From: a virus
Lineage: Duplodnaviria > Caudoviricetes
Reading direction: 5' to 3' (one strand)
IMG/VR virus record: IMGVR_UViG_3300011008_000999
DNA: 64,000 bases
In this document: positions 1 to 9,826 of the stretch, one piece after another
Layout of the letters: each line of letters begins with the position of its first letter
Numbering within the stretch: the stretch's first letter is position 1
Notes under the pieces: model-generated
Databases searched by the model: none
What the model saw: the letters and a program-made list of their open reading frames with translations, nothing else
Told to the model about the DNA's origin: nothing
Position numbers and translations under genes: made by a program

Positions 1-245
1 ACTAATAACCACAATATTAGTAAAATATTACCTATAGTGCATAATGCATTCATTAGAGGTATATTATATTTAGAAGCTATTTCTGTATACTTATCACCAA
101 TCCACGGTCCAGTAAATTCATTAAAAGTTAATTCAAACATATAGTTGAACGTAACAATTGTAGTACCTACTATAATTACAAAAAGAACTATTTCAGTAAT
201 TGTAAGTATAATTAGTTTTTTCTTATTATAAGATAATAACTTCAT
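1..245 (-). CDS. membrane protein, 3' truncated by window edge
   Basis: RBS plus ATG at 245 (MKLLSYNKKKLIILTITEIVLFVIIVG...); hydrophobic; open to window edge. Confidence 0.6.
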   Translation of the reverse strand, partial: MKLLSYNKKKLIILTITEIVLFVIIVGTTIVTFNYMFELTFNEFTGPWIGDKYTEIASKYNIPLMNALCTIGNILLILWLL

Positions 246-267
246 ATTTTATTCCTCTCTTTGTCGG

Positions 268-780
268 TCATCGAATTGAAATAGACTTCATTTCCGCTTC
301 TGTTAATACTTCAAATGGACTAACATACCACTTAAATGCTTTGTAATCTGCATACGTGACGTCTCTCATTTGATGATATAGCTTAATATTTGCACTATCT
401 ATAGTCATCCAATAGTATTTTACATTATTAGTATATTGTTCACTCATTCTATATTCTTGACCAGGTTTTACTATAACATGCTTCATACACATGTCTTCAG
501 GATTTATTTCTATAAAAGCACCATAATGTCCAATAACTATTCTATTATATCTATTAGCTATTTTGATCTTATTATCCGTAAATAGTTCTAAATTCTTTCC
601 TTCTATATAAAAACCTGGTTTATTTTCTACTTCAAAAACTTGCCCAGAAAAATAAATAGGAAGAGTACTAATGTACTTTTTCATATTGATCTTAGCTATA
701 AGATTAGGTAGTAATTTATACTTATACTGTTTAGCAAGTCTATCTTGTAAAACAAGCATTTCGCTACCAATTTCAGTCAT
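268..780 (-). CDS. hypothetical protein
   Basis: 170-aa ORF with GGAGG RBS. Confidence 0.7.
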   Translation of the reverse strand: MTEIGSEMLVLQDRLAKQYKYKLLPNLIAKINMKKYISTLPIYFSGQVFEVENKPGFYIEGKNLELFTDNKIKIANRYNRIVIGHYGAFIEINPEDMCMKHVIVKPGQEYRMSEQYTNNVKYYWMTIDSANIKLYHQMRDVTYADYKAFKWYVSPFEVLTEAEMKSISIR

Positions 781-804
781 TTATTAAATTCCCTCCAATA
801 ATAG

Positions 805-1026
805 TTAGTCTCTATTTATCACTTTAACTGATATTAGCGACTTTAGATAATCAGCAAACTCACAATCATTATCATTCATATAAAAGCCAGGACAAAAGTT
901 ACCTTCATACCACTGCTGAGCGTTATTAGTTAATTCTTTATCTTCTATCTCTTGTCCGTTGAAATAGTTTTCTAACTGCTGGAGTAATGCTTTACCTTTC
1001 TCATCTTGATATACTCCATTATTCAT
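805..1026 (-). CDS. hypothetical protein
   Basis: 73-aa ORF coupled to neighbour by ATGA overlap. Confidence 0.6.
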   Translation of the reverse strand: MNNGVYQDEKGKALLQQLENYFNGQEIEDKELTNNAQQWYEGNFCPGFYMNDNDCEFADYLKSLISVKVINRD

Positions 1027-1217
1027 ACATATCTATTCAACATGTCAAATCCAAACATTCCAAGTTTTGGGTATCGACTGGCTAACTCTTTTTGTTTATC
1101 TGAATAAGCCGGTACCATTTTATCTCCTATCTGCCTAGTAAGACTCATTACTATATTCGGTATGTTCTTACTACGCTGTAAATTGTCTAATTCTTTTGGT
1201 GTTAAATCTACACTCAT
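1023..1217 (-). CDS. hypothetical protein
   Basis: 64-aa ORF with GGAGG RBS. Confidence 0.6.
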   Translation of the reverse strand: MSVDLTPKELDNLQRSKNIPNIVMSLTRQIGDKMVPAYSDKQKELASRYPKLGMFGFDMLNRYV

Positions 1218-1399
1218 TTAGAGCCTCCATTTATGCCAATATACAAATTTCTTCAAAAGTTCAAATTTAATAATTTTGAATATTGAATATATCTATATAT
1301 TAGCATATTAGGGTATCATTTTTTGCAATATATCAATACACAAAGCAATATCATACATGATATATGCAATCATCTTATTTCCTTTATGTTTGACGGGAA

Positions 1400-2512
1400 C
1401 TATAAATCTCTTTTTCGTTCTTGAAAATCAGTCTCGTTATAAGAATAATAATCTGCAAATGTTAAATATTCACTCTGATATTCATTTTGATGTGTAACTA
1501 CTATCTTATAATCATAACCTTCAGCATCTACTTTAATTCTATTAAGAAGCTGATCAGCTAGATTCTTATCAAATAGACCATATCTGAGGGTTCCCTGATA
1601 ATCATTAGGATGATTCGTTTTATCAACCATAGAACTATTTATATTATCTATAGAAGTTTCACCAGGAAACACACCATTACCATGTTTAGTGAGATATGAT
1701 CGTGTTACATAATATGGAATAACTTCTTCAGATGTAAGTTCTTTAATATAAGTCATTCCAGTTCTTGTAGGTGTTCCCCATGTATCAGTATATCTATCTA
1801 ACAGTAATCCTTGAGCATTTTCAAAAACTACTACATCATATTCTTTTTCAATTGACTTATAACTGCGTACATTTACAATCATTGTCATATTAACTGTATC
1901 TGCAGCATAATTTTCAAGAAGATTATCTGAATAGAATATGTCATACTCATCCGCGGTAAGTATGATTCCATATTCTATAAGAACATTCTTAAAATAAGTA
2001 TCTCTAAGTGTTTTAAACTTTTCTACAACTTCTGCAGTACTAATACCAAGTATATCTTTCCAATATATAGGTTGTCCAGCTTCATTTCTACGAACTGTTT
2101 CCCATATACCATAACCACAACTACCATGACGCTTATCGCGTCGCTGCTCAACCATACGATTGATTAACATATCAAATGGAGTTGTTATTGTGCAATCTTC
2201 ATCAATATAGATTCTGTTCATTGGCTCCATGGTTTTCTTAAGTTCATAATACTCATCCATAAAGAGCATTGGATTAACCATATAGAACTTAGAAAAATAG
2301 ATGTCTGCGTATGAAAATCCTGCACCAAAATGTGAATATACATGACGATTTCCATCTTTGTCATAAGCAGTATGACCACGCTGACATCCACCATTTGTAA
2401 GAACATTTATAACTGACTTATTATGAAGTTTAGCCTCGCGGCAAAGTTTATTTGCCACGAGACCTTTACCTTCATCGCCGTAATTTGCACCGATTACCGC
2501 GTATCTTACCAT
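1400..2512 (-). CDS. purA: adenylosuccinate synthetase-like protein
   Basis: GANYGDEGKG P-loop, NGGCQRGHT, HGSCGYG and FENAQGLLLD motifs. Confidence 0.85.
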   Translation of the reverse strand: MVRYAVIGANYGDEGKGLVANKLCREAKLHNKSVINVLTNGGCQRGHTAYDKDGNRHVYSHFGAGFSYADIYFSKFYMVNPMLFMDEYYELKKTMEPMNRIYIDEDCTITTPFDMLINRMVEQRRDKRHGSCGYGIWETVRRNEAGQPIYWKDILGISTAEVVEKFKTLRDTYFKNVLIEYGIILTADEYDIFYSDNLLENYAADTVNMTMIVNVRSYKSIEKEYDVVVFENAQGLLLDRYTDTWGTPTRTGMTYIKELTSEEVIPYYVTRSYLTKHGNGVFPGETSIDNINSSMVDKTNHPNDYQGTLRYGLFDKNLADQLLNRIKVDAEGYDYKIVVTHQNEYQSEYLTFADYYSYNETDFQERKRDL

Positions 2513-3399
2513 GTGATTACTCCGTTTTCTTTCTTAAGACCTGTGCTAGTAGTACCAGATGCTTTACCGGCATTATTATTGATAACTTCCGTAATCTTAT
2601 CTGCTACATCATCAAGAGTTGCACAGATTACTCGATCTTCTCCCATAACCTTAGCAAATGTAGGACCACAGTTTTCAAAGCTATAAAAGCTTCTAGAAGA
2701 GTTGTGATTTACGTGGATGTGGAAGCATTCAAATTTCTTGCTAACTTCCTGATAAAGAGCATTTGTATCAATATCTTCCTCGATAATATCACCGAATACA
2801 GACTCGAAACTAGCTCTTCCACCACGCTTAGGAAGATAAGGATTGATAGGCTCATCACCCATAGTAATGATAATACCTTTCTTATTTCTCTTATCAATAG
2901 CGTCGATCTTAGTGTGGTTGAGTGCGAAGTACCAAGCAAGTGTGTAAGATTCAAATCCGTTACCACCGCCACCAAACTCGAAGTAGATCTTTTCAAGCTG
3001 ATCTGCGATACGAATATCAGATTCGAACTGAGATGCCTGAGCAGGAACTGAATCACAAGCCATATCACCAATTCCCATAATAAGGAACTGCACGTCCGGC
3101 ATTGTCTTATAAAGTTCAGTCATAACTACATTGATCTTCTTAGCAACTTCAACAGCGGCCTGTCCCATAGAACCGGTAACGTCAAGTGCAAGGATTACTG
3201 GAACAACATTAGGATGTTCATCAGAATCACAACACTCGCGAGTTACATTTTTAGGATCAAGCATAGGATTGAGATCATAGGACTTAAAAATCTCCTGATT
3301 GCTGTAATTACCATCTACAACACCACTGGCACTTACACTACGTCCTTTAGAACTAGAATAACTTCTGAAAGCAGAATCAGACCAACTACCGTAACCCAT
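2506..3399 (-). CDS. vWA (MIDAS) domain protein
   Basis: ILALDVTGSMG MIDAS motif; GGGGNGFESY; IIITMGDE. Confidence 0.85.
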   Translation of the reverse strand: MGYGSWSDSAFRSYSSSKGRSVSASGVVDGNYSNQEIFKSYDLNPMLDPKNVTRECCDSDEHPNVVPVILALDVTGSMGQAAVEVAKKINVVMTELYKTMPDVQFLIMGIGDMACDSVPAQASQFESDIRIADQLEKIYFEFGGGGNGFESYTLAWYFALNHTKIDAIDKRNKKGIIITMGDEPINPYLPKRGGRASFESVFGDIIEEDIDTNALYQEVSKKFECFHIHVNHNSSRSFYSFENCGPTFAKVMGEDRVICATLDDVADKITEVINNNAGKASGTTSTGLKKENGVITW

Positions 3400-3402
3400 A
3401 GA

Positions 3403-4032
3403 TTAGTCCTCCTTCTCTTCATCGTCGTCTTCGTCTTCGTCAACTGCCTCAGCAGTATCTGCATCACCGTCATTCATGATATTGAAAATGTCACCGAAGA
3501 AATCATCTCCGCCATTTCCATTCATGAGCATCATCATCGGAAACATGCCGGACATGTTATTACCCATGCCATTGTTTCCGTTCATCATCTGAGACATCAT
3601 CATGTACTTGAAGATTCTGTTTGTTCCCTTACCTCTGAAGTCAGTACCGAAAAGAGATACGATCTTACCGTAGAAGTAAGTATTACCCATGAAGACGTGT
3701 CTCTCAGGAATAATATCCTCAAGACGAGAATCTTCATAATCAAGAACCTTGATGCTCTTGTCTTCATTGACCTTTATTACACACTTAGGCTTGCCATTTG
3801 CGATGATAATATCACCGGTAGCAACCTTATTTGTAGGGATCATGAAGAAACAATCCATGTTAGCACCAATGTTGAAGACGAAGTTGTTACAGTTAACAAG
3901 CTTGTTCTTCTTTACATTGTACGTCTTGTAGCCATTAGATGTCTTAATGGCAATGTCGCCGTTCATAGACAGCCTACACATATCAGATCCAATCTTACCG
4001 AACATGTTGTCAAGAAAATTACCATTTCCCAT
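3403..4032 (-). CDS. hypothetical protein with Met/Asn/Gly-rich and acidic C-terminus
   Basis: 209-aa ORF; first gene after a sigma70-type promoter. Confidence 0.75.
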   Translation of the reverse strand: MGNGNFLDNMFGKIGSDMCRLSMNGDIAIKTSNGYKTYNVKKNKLVNCNNFVFNIGANMDCFFMIPTNKVATGDIIIANGKPKCVIKVNEDKSIKVLDYEDSRLEDIIPERHVFMGNTYFYGKIVSLFGTDFRGKGTNRIFKYMMMSQMMNGNNGMGNNMSGMFPMMMLMNGNGGDDFFGDIFNIMNDGDADTAEAVDEDEDDDEEKED

Positions 4033-4084
4033 AATTTGTTTTCCTTTCTGTTTATAAATATGGATTTTTTGGTTTAACAGTTAT

Positions 4085-4118
4085 ATTATAATCTGTTTCT
4101 AGACAATTGTAAATAGTT
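4085..4118 (-). promoter_or_regulatory. sigma70-type promoter AACTA-TTTACA-N17-TATAAT
   Basis: TTTACA attgtctagaaacagat TATAAT; same motif recurs 8 times in the window. Confidence 0.75.
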
Positions 4119-4119
4119 T

Positions 4120-5929
4120 TTATGAACCAAATGTAGAATCTTCATCATCGTCTTCCATGTCTTCTTCACGCTTCTTAGCAAATGGGTTAGAAGTAAGAAG
4201 GTTTACATCATAAATAGACTTGATACGAATAATACCATTACGATTCAATCTATCAATCATGAAGCAAGTACCTGTAGGAAAGTTAGTTGCTGATGATACA
4301 ATTGAATCTACATCAATAGCTGAAGATGGATTGATCTTAGACGTATCAAATGCATCTAAGAACAGCTGTGCTTCTTCCATAGATGACTTGAACATAAACT
4401 TAGTTGTAATGTAGTTTGCAATACCCTTAGGGAAGTGAGAAATACCCTGAGACGCAAGTACAGTAGCAACATTAAGTGAACGACCAAGAACAAGGAATCT
4501 ATCTATAATAGCACCCATCTCCTTGTTACCAAATAATAAGTGCGCCTCATCACAAATAAGTGTTGTAGGAATCTTATTATCACCAGAAAGAATATCAAGT
4601 AACTTTGTAGTTATAATATAAAGAATAGCTGATGTAAATCTTTCATTTGCATCATAGTCTTCAGGTTTCTTAGAATAATCAGGAAGACTAAGACCATGTA
4701 ATGAAATAACCATAGAATCTGTAGATGAAAGTACAAGTGGCTTTACATTTGTTTCACGAGTAAAGAGTAACTTACCATACTTGTTATCTTCAAACATCTT
4801 AAGCAATGTACCAACAGTCTGAGCATATTCATTCTGGTTAGCATAAAGATAGTCTGCAACATCCTGCATATCATAATAATCGCCAGTAGTTTTAGCTCTA
4901 GTAACAAAGTCTGTTACAATAGGTGTAATACCAATAATAGTATTTCTTTCAAGCTTACCACACATGATTTCAATAACAGTCATAAGTGTAGCAGTATCAA
5001 TATACTTAATATTACCTTTCTCGTCGATTTTCTTTAAGAATTCGAACGGATTTAAAGCACCTGGACGAATCTTATTGATGTCAATAATACTGATGTTAGG
5101 ATTTACATTATACAACTTATCAAAGTCGTTTTTAGGGTCAATAGCAATAACTCTTTGACCCATACCTAAACAATTTGCTGCAATATTTAATAGTGCAAAT
5201 GTCTTACCTGAACCAGGAGAACCTACTACAATAGTAATATCGATAGGTAAGCCTTTGAAGTTATCTCCAGCTTTTCCCCCGATCCACACCGTGCATGCGA
5301 TTTTCATCGCACACGGCGTTCCATCAAGATTTAATTATTCTCGAGTTACAATTAAACCATTGACTTGTGGCCATTACTACTATTCTCATTACAAGAATTA
5401 TCGACGCTTCGACCACTACTTTTCAGCATTAGTTAAGTAGCTTATTATTCTTCGTCTACAATCTAAATCGACTAATACCTTTCCTCGTTCCAATATATTC
5501 TATCTGTACATATACTTTTAGGTGCCTACTTTAGACTAATTTAGCTTGGATGTACCCGCCTGATAAATCATTCGTACAACATAGTATTTCATAGCCAAGC
5601 ATTTTACTTTACTACACTAAATTATCTGTATACTTCGTAGGTTCGTCAGATTTCGTTATCATTCTCACCATGAGTATTTTATAGACTTCCGGCATATTCT
5701 GCCGACTTTACCGAGCTTCTAACAATTAAAGTTTCCTTATATATTGCTAGTCGAAGATTAAAGAATGTGTTTCAAGTCGTTACTCTATCATTCCACATTT
5801 CGAATATATTAGTTCTCCATACATAACTGTATGTGTTTAGCCTTTGTGTATTTAAGCTAAAAACGAGTCGCACCCTGGCGCATTATTTACCATCTGAGCA
5901 GTTGTAGGACTCCATTTGATAGTACTCAT
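4120..5929 (-). CDS. VirB4/HerA-like P-loop ATPase, two exons (5929-5874 and 5236-4120) split by a group II intron
   Basis: Spliced frame MSTIKWSPTTAQMVNNAPG-TIVVGSPGSGKT; IDPKND; Walker B LICDEAH; LGRSLN..VLASQ. The ORF-track start at 5307 lies inside the intron. Confidence 0.85.
5237..5873 (-). mobile_element. ORF-less group II intron (about 637 nt, bacterial class B-like)
   Basis: 5' GTGCGACTCG; domain V GAACGCCGTGTGCGATGAAAATCGCATGCACGGTGTG; domain VI ending ACCTATCGATAT; candidate EBS1 CTTGGC (5594-5599) pairs with exon end GCCAGG; removal restores the frame. Confidence 0.92.
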
Positions 5930-5932
5930 TTT

Positions 5933-6967
5933 CTAATTTTCCTCCTTTACTATAGGTCCAACTGAATAAACAGTTCCTTTATTAGTTTTGTTTCTATATA
6001 ATTTTGGAATAGGCATAATAAAATTATTCTTATTAAAGTCTAATTTAGAATATATGTCTTTTCCTAAAATTAACGATTTTAATAATAGCTTTTGTTGTTC
6101 AAAATCTTCAAATTCATATATATGTATTAGACGTATTCCTTTATCTTTGCATAATAATGATTTTTTGAGATGATAATCTTTACTACATCCATTTTCTGTA
6201 GAATGCCAATAGTTTCCATTAAATTCTATAGCTAGCTTTAAATCTGGTAAAAATATATCTAATTCATTTGGATATATAATCTTACGTCTATTTTCTAATA
6301 CTGGTCCAGTATAAAATGACTTAATATAATTTACTAAATCTTTTTCTTTATACGACATTCCAGCATTAGGTGTTATAGAACTTTTGTATTTTACTATTTT
6401 ATCTATATCTGAGTTTTTAACAAATGCATGTGCTTTATATATAGTAATATCCACAATATGTCTCCAACTATCACCATATTCTGGTATTAAATCTGTAACT
6501 AATGTACAATCATTTTCTTTTGCATACTGATCTAATAATTGTTGTTTAGTTAACTTCATTTTAGCCGAATTTACATATATCTCTGAACCATAACGTTCTT
6601 TACAAGTTTGTCTAGTTCTTTGCTGACATTCTTGAGATTTAACTGTATTAGATATTTTTCTTTTTCTTTCAGTAGTATCACCATTCCAAACATTACTTAA
6701 TTTTTGTCTAGTTTCTTTAGAAAATGTATGACCGTAAAAACTATTTAACTTACCTACTTTAGTTTTTCCTATTTCACTGAGTTTTTTATTTCTATTAAGT
6801 CTAACACATTCTGGACATTTACTACTTTTATAAAGAATTTGATGTACAGTTTTAACATAACTGCCATGTGTATCACATACTAACGTTATTGGTGTATCAT
6901 ATGTTACATCATTATATGTAAGATTTGGAAATACTGAATTGAGTCTATTTGCTAAATATGTACTCAT
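5933..6967 (-). CDS. free-standing homing endonuclease (NUMOD3 plus Vsr-like/EDxHD-type nuclease)
   Basis: NSFYGHTFSKETRQKLS; PNELDIFLPDLKLAIEFNGNYWH; GIRLIHIYE. Confidence 0.8.
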   Translation of the reverse strand: MSTYLANRLNSVFPNLTYNDVTYDTPITLVCDTHGSYVKTVHQILYKSSKCPECVRLNRNKKLSEIGKTKVGKLNSFYGHTFSKETRQKLSNVWNGDTTERKRKISNTVKSQECQQRTRQTCKERYGSEIYVNSAKMKLTKQQLLDQYAKENDCTLVTDLIPEYGDSWRHIVDITIYKAHAFVKNSDIDKIVKYKSSITPNAGMSYKEKDLVNYIKSFYTGPVLENRRKIIYPNELDIFLPDLKLAIEFNGNYWHSTENGCSKDYHLKKSLLCKDKGIRLIHIYEFEDFEQQKLLLKSLILGKDIYSKLDFNKNNFIMPIPKLYRNKTNKGTVYSVGPIVKEEN

Positions 6968-7125
6968 TCATCTTCCTCCACCTTATCTTCTACTTTATTT
7001 TCTACTGTATTACTATTTTCATCTAAATATAATTTCTGTCCTTTTCCAGGACGTCCTACTATAAAAGTATTTTGTGAATTATTTTCTATTTTAGCTGTTG
7101 CTGGATTCCATGTAATTGATGACAT
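6964..7125 (-). pseudogene. 53-aa vestigial N-terminus of the VirB4-like ATPase
   Basis: MSSITWNPATAKIENNSQNTFIVGRPGKG aligns with MSTIKWSPTTAQMVNNAPGTIVVGSPGSG; has an RBS; stop overlaps the endonuclease ATG. Confidence 0.75.
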
Positions 7126-7141
7126 TTTTCACCTCCATATG

Positions 7142-7174
7142 AAAAATAAAGAGCTCCAGAAAACTCTGAAGCTC
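7142..7174 (-). terminator. intrinsic terminator
   Basis: GAGCTTCAGA/TCTGGAGCTC stem followed by TTTATTTTT. Confidence 0.65.
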
Positions 7175-7183
7175 ATTGATAAC

Positions 7184-7429
7184 TTATTGAAATTTTGTTA
7201 GTGGTAAAAAGTTATTATAACATACTGAACATTCTCGATAACTTCGTCCATGTTCATCCTTATACCGTTTAGATTCAAAGCTTTCCTTAAAAGAGATTTG
7301 TTGTCCACAATGAATGCAATTGATAGTAGTATCATCTTCAGCATTAGTAACAACATTCCAACCATTAGGAATTGTAGCTTCACTATACTTGCCATTAACG
7401 ATATTATACCGATGTACGATCATTGTCAA
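7184..7429 (-). CDS. small CxxC zinc-binding protein
   Basis: CIHC...CSVC. Confidence 0.65.
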   Translation of the reverse strand: MTMIVHRYNIVNGKYSEATIPNGWNVVTNAEDDTTINCIHCGQQISFKESFESKRYKDEHGRSYRECSVCYNNFLPLTKFQ

Positions 7430-7435
7430 TCCTCC

Positions 7436-7699
7436 TTAGTAAAAACGAGTAATAACTTCAGGTTTAGTTACATTCAATTCATCATCAGAATATCTAAATT
7501 TCTTCTTAAGATAAATTGCAATTCTATACGCATCATTATTATTTGATCGATAACCATGTCTGTCTTTATTTGAAGCAATGTCAAAAAACTGCTCAATAAA
7601 GTCTGAAAGTTCTTCAGTTGACTTTGTAGTCATAATTGTGATACTCGCACATACATCTCCATATGCATCTGATCTAAGGGTTAAGGTTAGTGTTCTCAT
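7436..7699 (-). CDS. hypothetical protein
   Basis: ORF with RBS. Confidence 0.6.
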   Translation of the reverse strand: MRTLTLTLRSDAYGDVCASITIMTTKSTEELSDFIEQFFDIASNKDRHGYRSNNNDAYRIAIYLKKKFRYSDDELNVTKPEVITRFY

Positions 7700-7723
7700 T
7701 TTATAATTTCCTTTCTTATTTAG

Positions 7724-7975
7724 TTATCTTCCTTCATTCGCATAAATCCATGCTTCATGACCTTTGTATTCCCAGAGCTTAATCTTTTCAATTCCGCTCT
7801 CAATCTCAATATCATACTTAGTGAATTCCTTTGCTTCCTCACCAGTATCTTCTGCAATCCACTGTTCTTTCATTGTTACTTGTCTGTCAGTTCGTTCTAC
7901 AACTGTGTAATGAACATCACCACCATATAACATAGTTCCTCTATAAGTCTTACCTACTTCAAACTTATTATCCAT
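7724..7975 (-). CDS. hypothetical protein
   Basis: ORF with RBS. Confidence 0.65.
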   Translation of the reverse strand: MDNKFEVGKTYRGTMLYGGDVHYTVVERTDRQVTMKEQWIAEDTGEEAKEFTKYDIEIESGIEKIKLWEYKGHEAWIYANEGR

Positions 7976-7977
7976 AG

Positions 7978-9117
7978 TTATTCTCCTCCATTATCAAATG
8001 AAATGTATTTACTAAGTTTAGATTCCTTAATGGCTTTTACTGATAGTATACTGTTAATCATCCAACTAACAGATTCACGATCTTCATACTTTTCAAAATA
8101 TCTTAACATTTTATCAGTAACGTCATTAAATTTGTTGAAGAAGTCATGTGTTTTCTTTTCTGATTCATTCATATCTTCATATTCTATATGTACATTATCA
8201 TAAGATTCATTTTCACCTACTAGTACATGAAAAACTATGAAACCTTCAACGTTATCTTCTTTTGGACTAGTCTTATACATATATGAAAGTACATTTTTCA
8301 TTTTTTCATCTTCAAGCATAACAATGTTCAATGGCATGAAGCTTAAATTATTTTCATCACATATAAGCTTAGGTATATCATAAATCAAATCAAGAACAAT
8401 TTGCTCAGATATTTCTGTCTGATAATAAGGAAACAGATACATCATAGGCTGATTATAAATACCTCTATAATCTTGATTCTCACCAAGTTGTTTAATAGTC
8501 ATAGCGATCATAGTAGTTACTTCACCATTACGCTCCACATAATAGATACAACCAAATTGCATCCAAAATATGATATTCTCTCGAGCAGCTTCTTCAGAAT
8601 CAAGCACGTCATTCTTTTTGAGATATCTAATTAAGTAATCAGTAATTTTATCTAAATCATCCCAAGTGGCATATTTCAAAACATACTTACTTTTAACTCC
8701 AACTGATTTATTTTTACGTCTAACATTTCTAGGAGTTATGAGAATTGATCTGTTGTATTCATCATACGCAAGAAGTCTATGTCGCTGACAATAGTCTATA
8801 ACTTGCACATATGAATCCAAATAGTCTTTAATCTGTTGCTTATACTTAGGTTTAAGATATTTGATATATTCCATGCTATATAGTTTGTTGTCCTTAGATT
8901 CATTACAATCTTTACATAATGGAATTAAGTTAATCATTTGATTAGATCCACCTTTATCAAGTGGAATAAAATGATCCACTGTCATCTGATAACCTGCAAA
9001 AATAGGTGTTCCACAATGTGCACACTTATTACCTGATTTTGCACAAATATCTTCTTTTTCATCAAGAGTAAAATGTTCTCTATCGTAATATTTCTTTTGT
9101 ATTAAATTCCCTTCCAA
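7978..9117 (-). CDS. HNH endonuclease domain protein with long C-terminal extension
   Basis: CAHCG...TVDHFIPLDKGGSNQMINLIPLCKDCN. Confidence 0.85.
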   Translation of the reverse strand: MEGNLIQKKYYDREHFTLDEKEDICAKSGNKCAHCGTPIFAGYQMTVDHFIPLDKGGSNQMINLIPLCKDCNESKDNKLYSMEYIKYLKPKYKQQIKDYLDSYVQVIDYCQRHRLLAYDEYNRSILITPRNVRRKNKSVGVKSKYVLKYATWDDLDKITDYLIRYLKKNDVLDSEEAARENIIFWMQFGCIYYVERNGEVTTMIAMTIKQLGENQDYRGIYNQPMMYLFPYYQTEISEQIVLDLIYDIPKLICDENNLSFMPLNIVMLEDEKMKNVLSYMYKTSPKEDNVEGFIVFHVLVGENESYDNVHIEYEDMNESEKKTHDFFNKFNDVTDKMLRYFEKYEDRESVSWMINSILSVKAIKESKLSKYISFDNGGE

Positions 9118-9130
9118 TTTATCTACCTCC

Positions 9131-9355
9131 TTATAAGTCTAATTCTTTTGCTAAGAAAAGTAGATGCTCAAGCATTTCTGGTGATTCTAATGCTGGACGT
9201 AATGTTTTCCAAAGTTCAGCTGCACCAACTTGCTCTTCCATATAATCTGCAATACTATCGAGCTTCCAACGTTCATAATCATGCTCTTCGCTCATTCGTT
9301 TCAGATCATTATAACAATAAACTTTACCACTCATGGAACCAATCCTCCTTATCAT
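9131..9355 (-). CDS. hypothetical protein
   Basis: ORF in gene train. Confidence 0.55.
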   Translation of the reverse strand: MIRRIGSMSGKVYCYNDLKRMSEEHDYERWKLDSIADYMEEQVGAAELWKTLRPALESPEMLEHLLFLAKELDL

Positions 9356-9496
9356 ACTTACCAGCTAAAAAGTCATAGGCAGAATCTGGTGTGTTATCAG
9401 TTACAATCATGATAGCTACAATAATACAAGCAACAAACATTCCAATAAACAATGGCAACATAATTTGAAACATATTCGTATTCTCCTTTTTATTTT

Positions 9497-9530
9497 ATTA
9501 TATCAAGAGCAAATACAAATGTAAATAGTT
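9497..9530 (-). promoter_or_regulatory. sigma70-type promoter
   Basis: AACTATTTACA-N17-TATAAT. Confidence 0.7.
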
Positions 9531-9562
9531 GTTCTGTATTATTATTAAATAGCTTTACATTT

Positions 9563-9814
9563 TTAGACTGAACTTGCCCAGAAACAGCTTGCAGTATTGT
9601 TATATCTAATGTTGATGTTCTTTTTCTTAAAGAACTCTCTAATATTGTTTCTAGTATCATCTTCAAGATTCAGAATATACGAGTCAATGTATTTTTGACA
9701 ATTAGGCTTCATTTTAATATCAACTACACCTTCCATTCCATTCTGAAATTTGAACTCAAAGATTGCATCATTATACTCATTATTAAGCTCGTCTAAAATA
9801 TCTTGTGTAATCAT
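9563..9814 (-). CDS. hypothetical protein
   Basis: ORF with GGAGG RBS. Confidence 0.65.
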   Translation of the reverse strand: MITQDILDELNNEYNDAIFEFKFQNGMEGVVDIKMKPNCQKYIDSYILNLEDDTRNNIREFFKKKNINIRYNNTASCFWASSV

Positions 9815-9826
9815 AGGTATTCCTCC

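Noticed and set aside
1400-2512. PurZ / Z-genome pathway
   Set aside because: The P-loop is GDEGKG with the PurA Asp rather than the PurZ Ser, and no datZ or mazZ is nearby.
5237-5307. ORF-track N-terminus MKIACTVWIGG of the ATPase
   Set aside because: It is translated intron domain V/VI; the true exon 1 is 5929-5874.
6964-7125. Missing Walker A piece of the FtsK-like ATPase
   Set aside because: It matches the VirB4-like N-terminus and has no intein block A tail; the FtsK first piece is not in this window.
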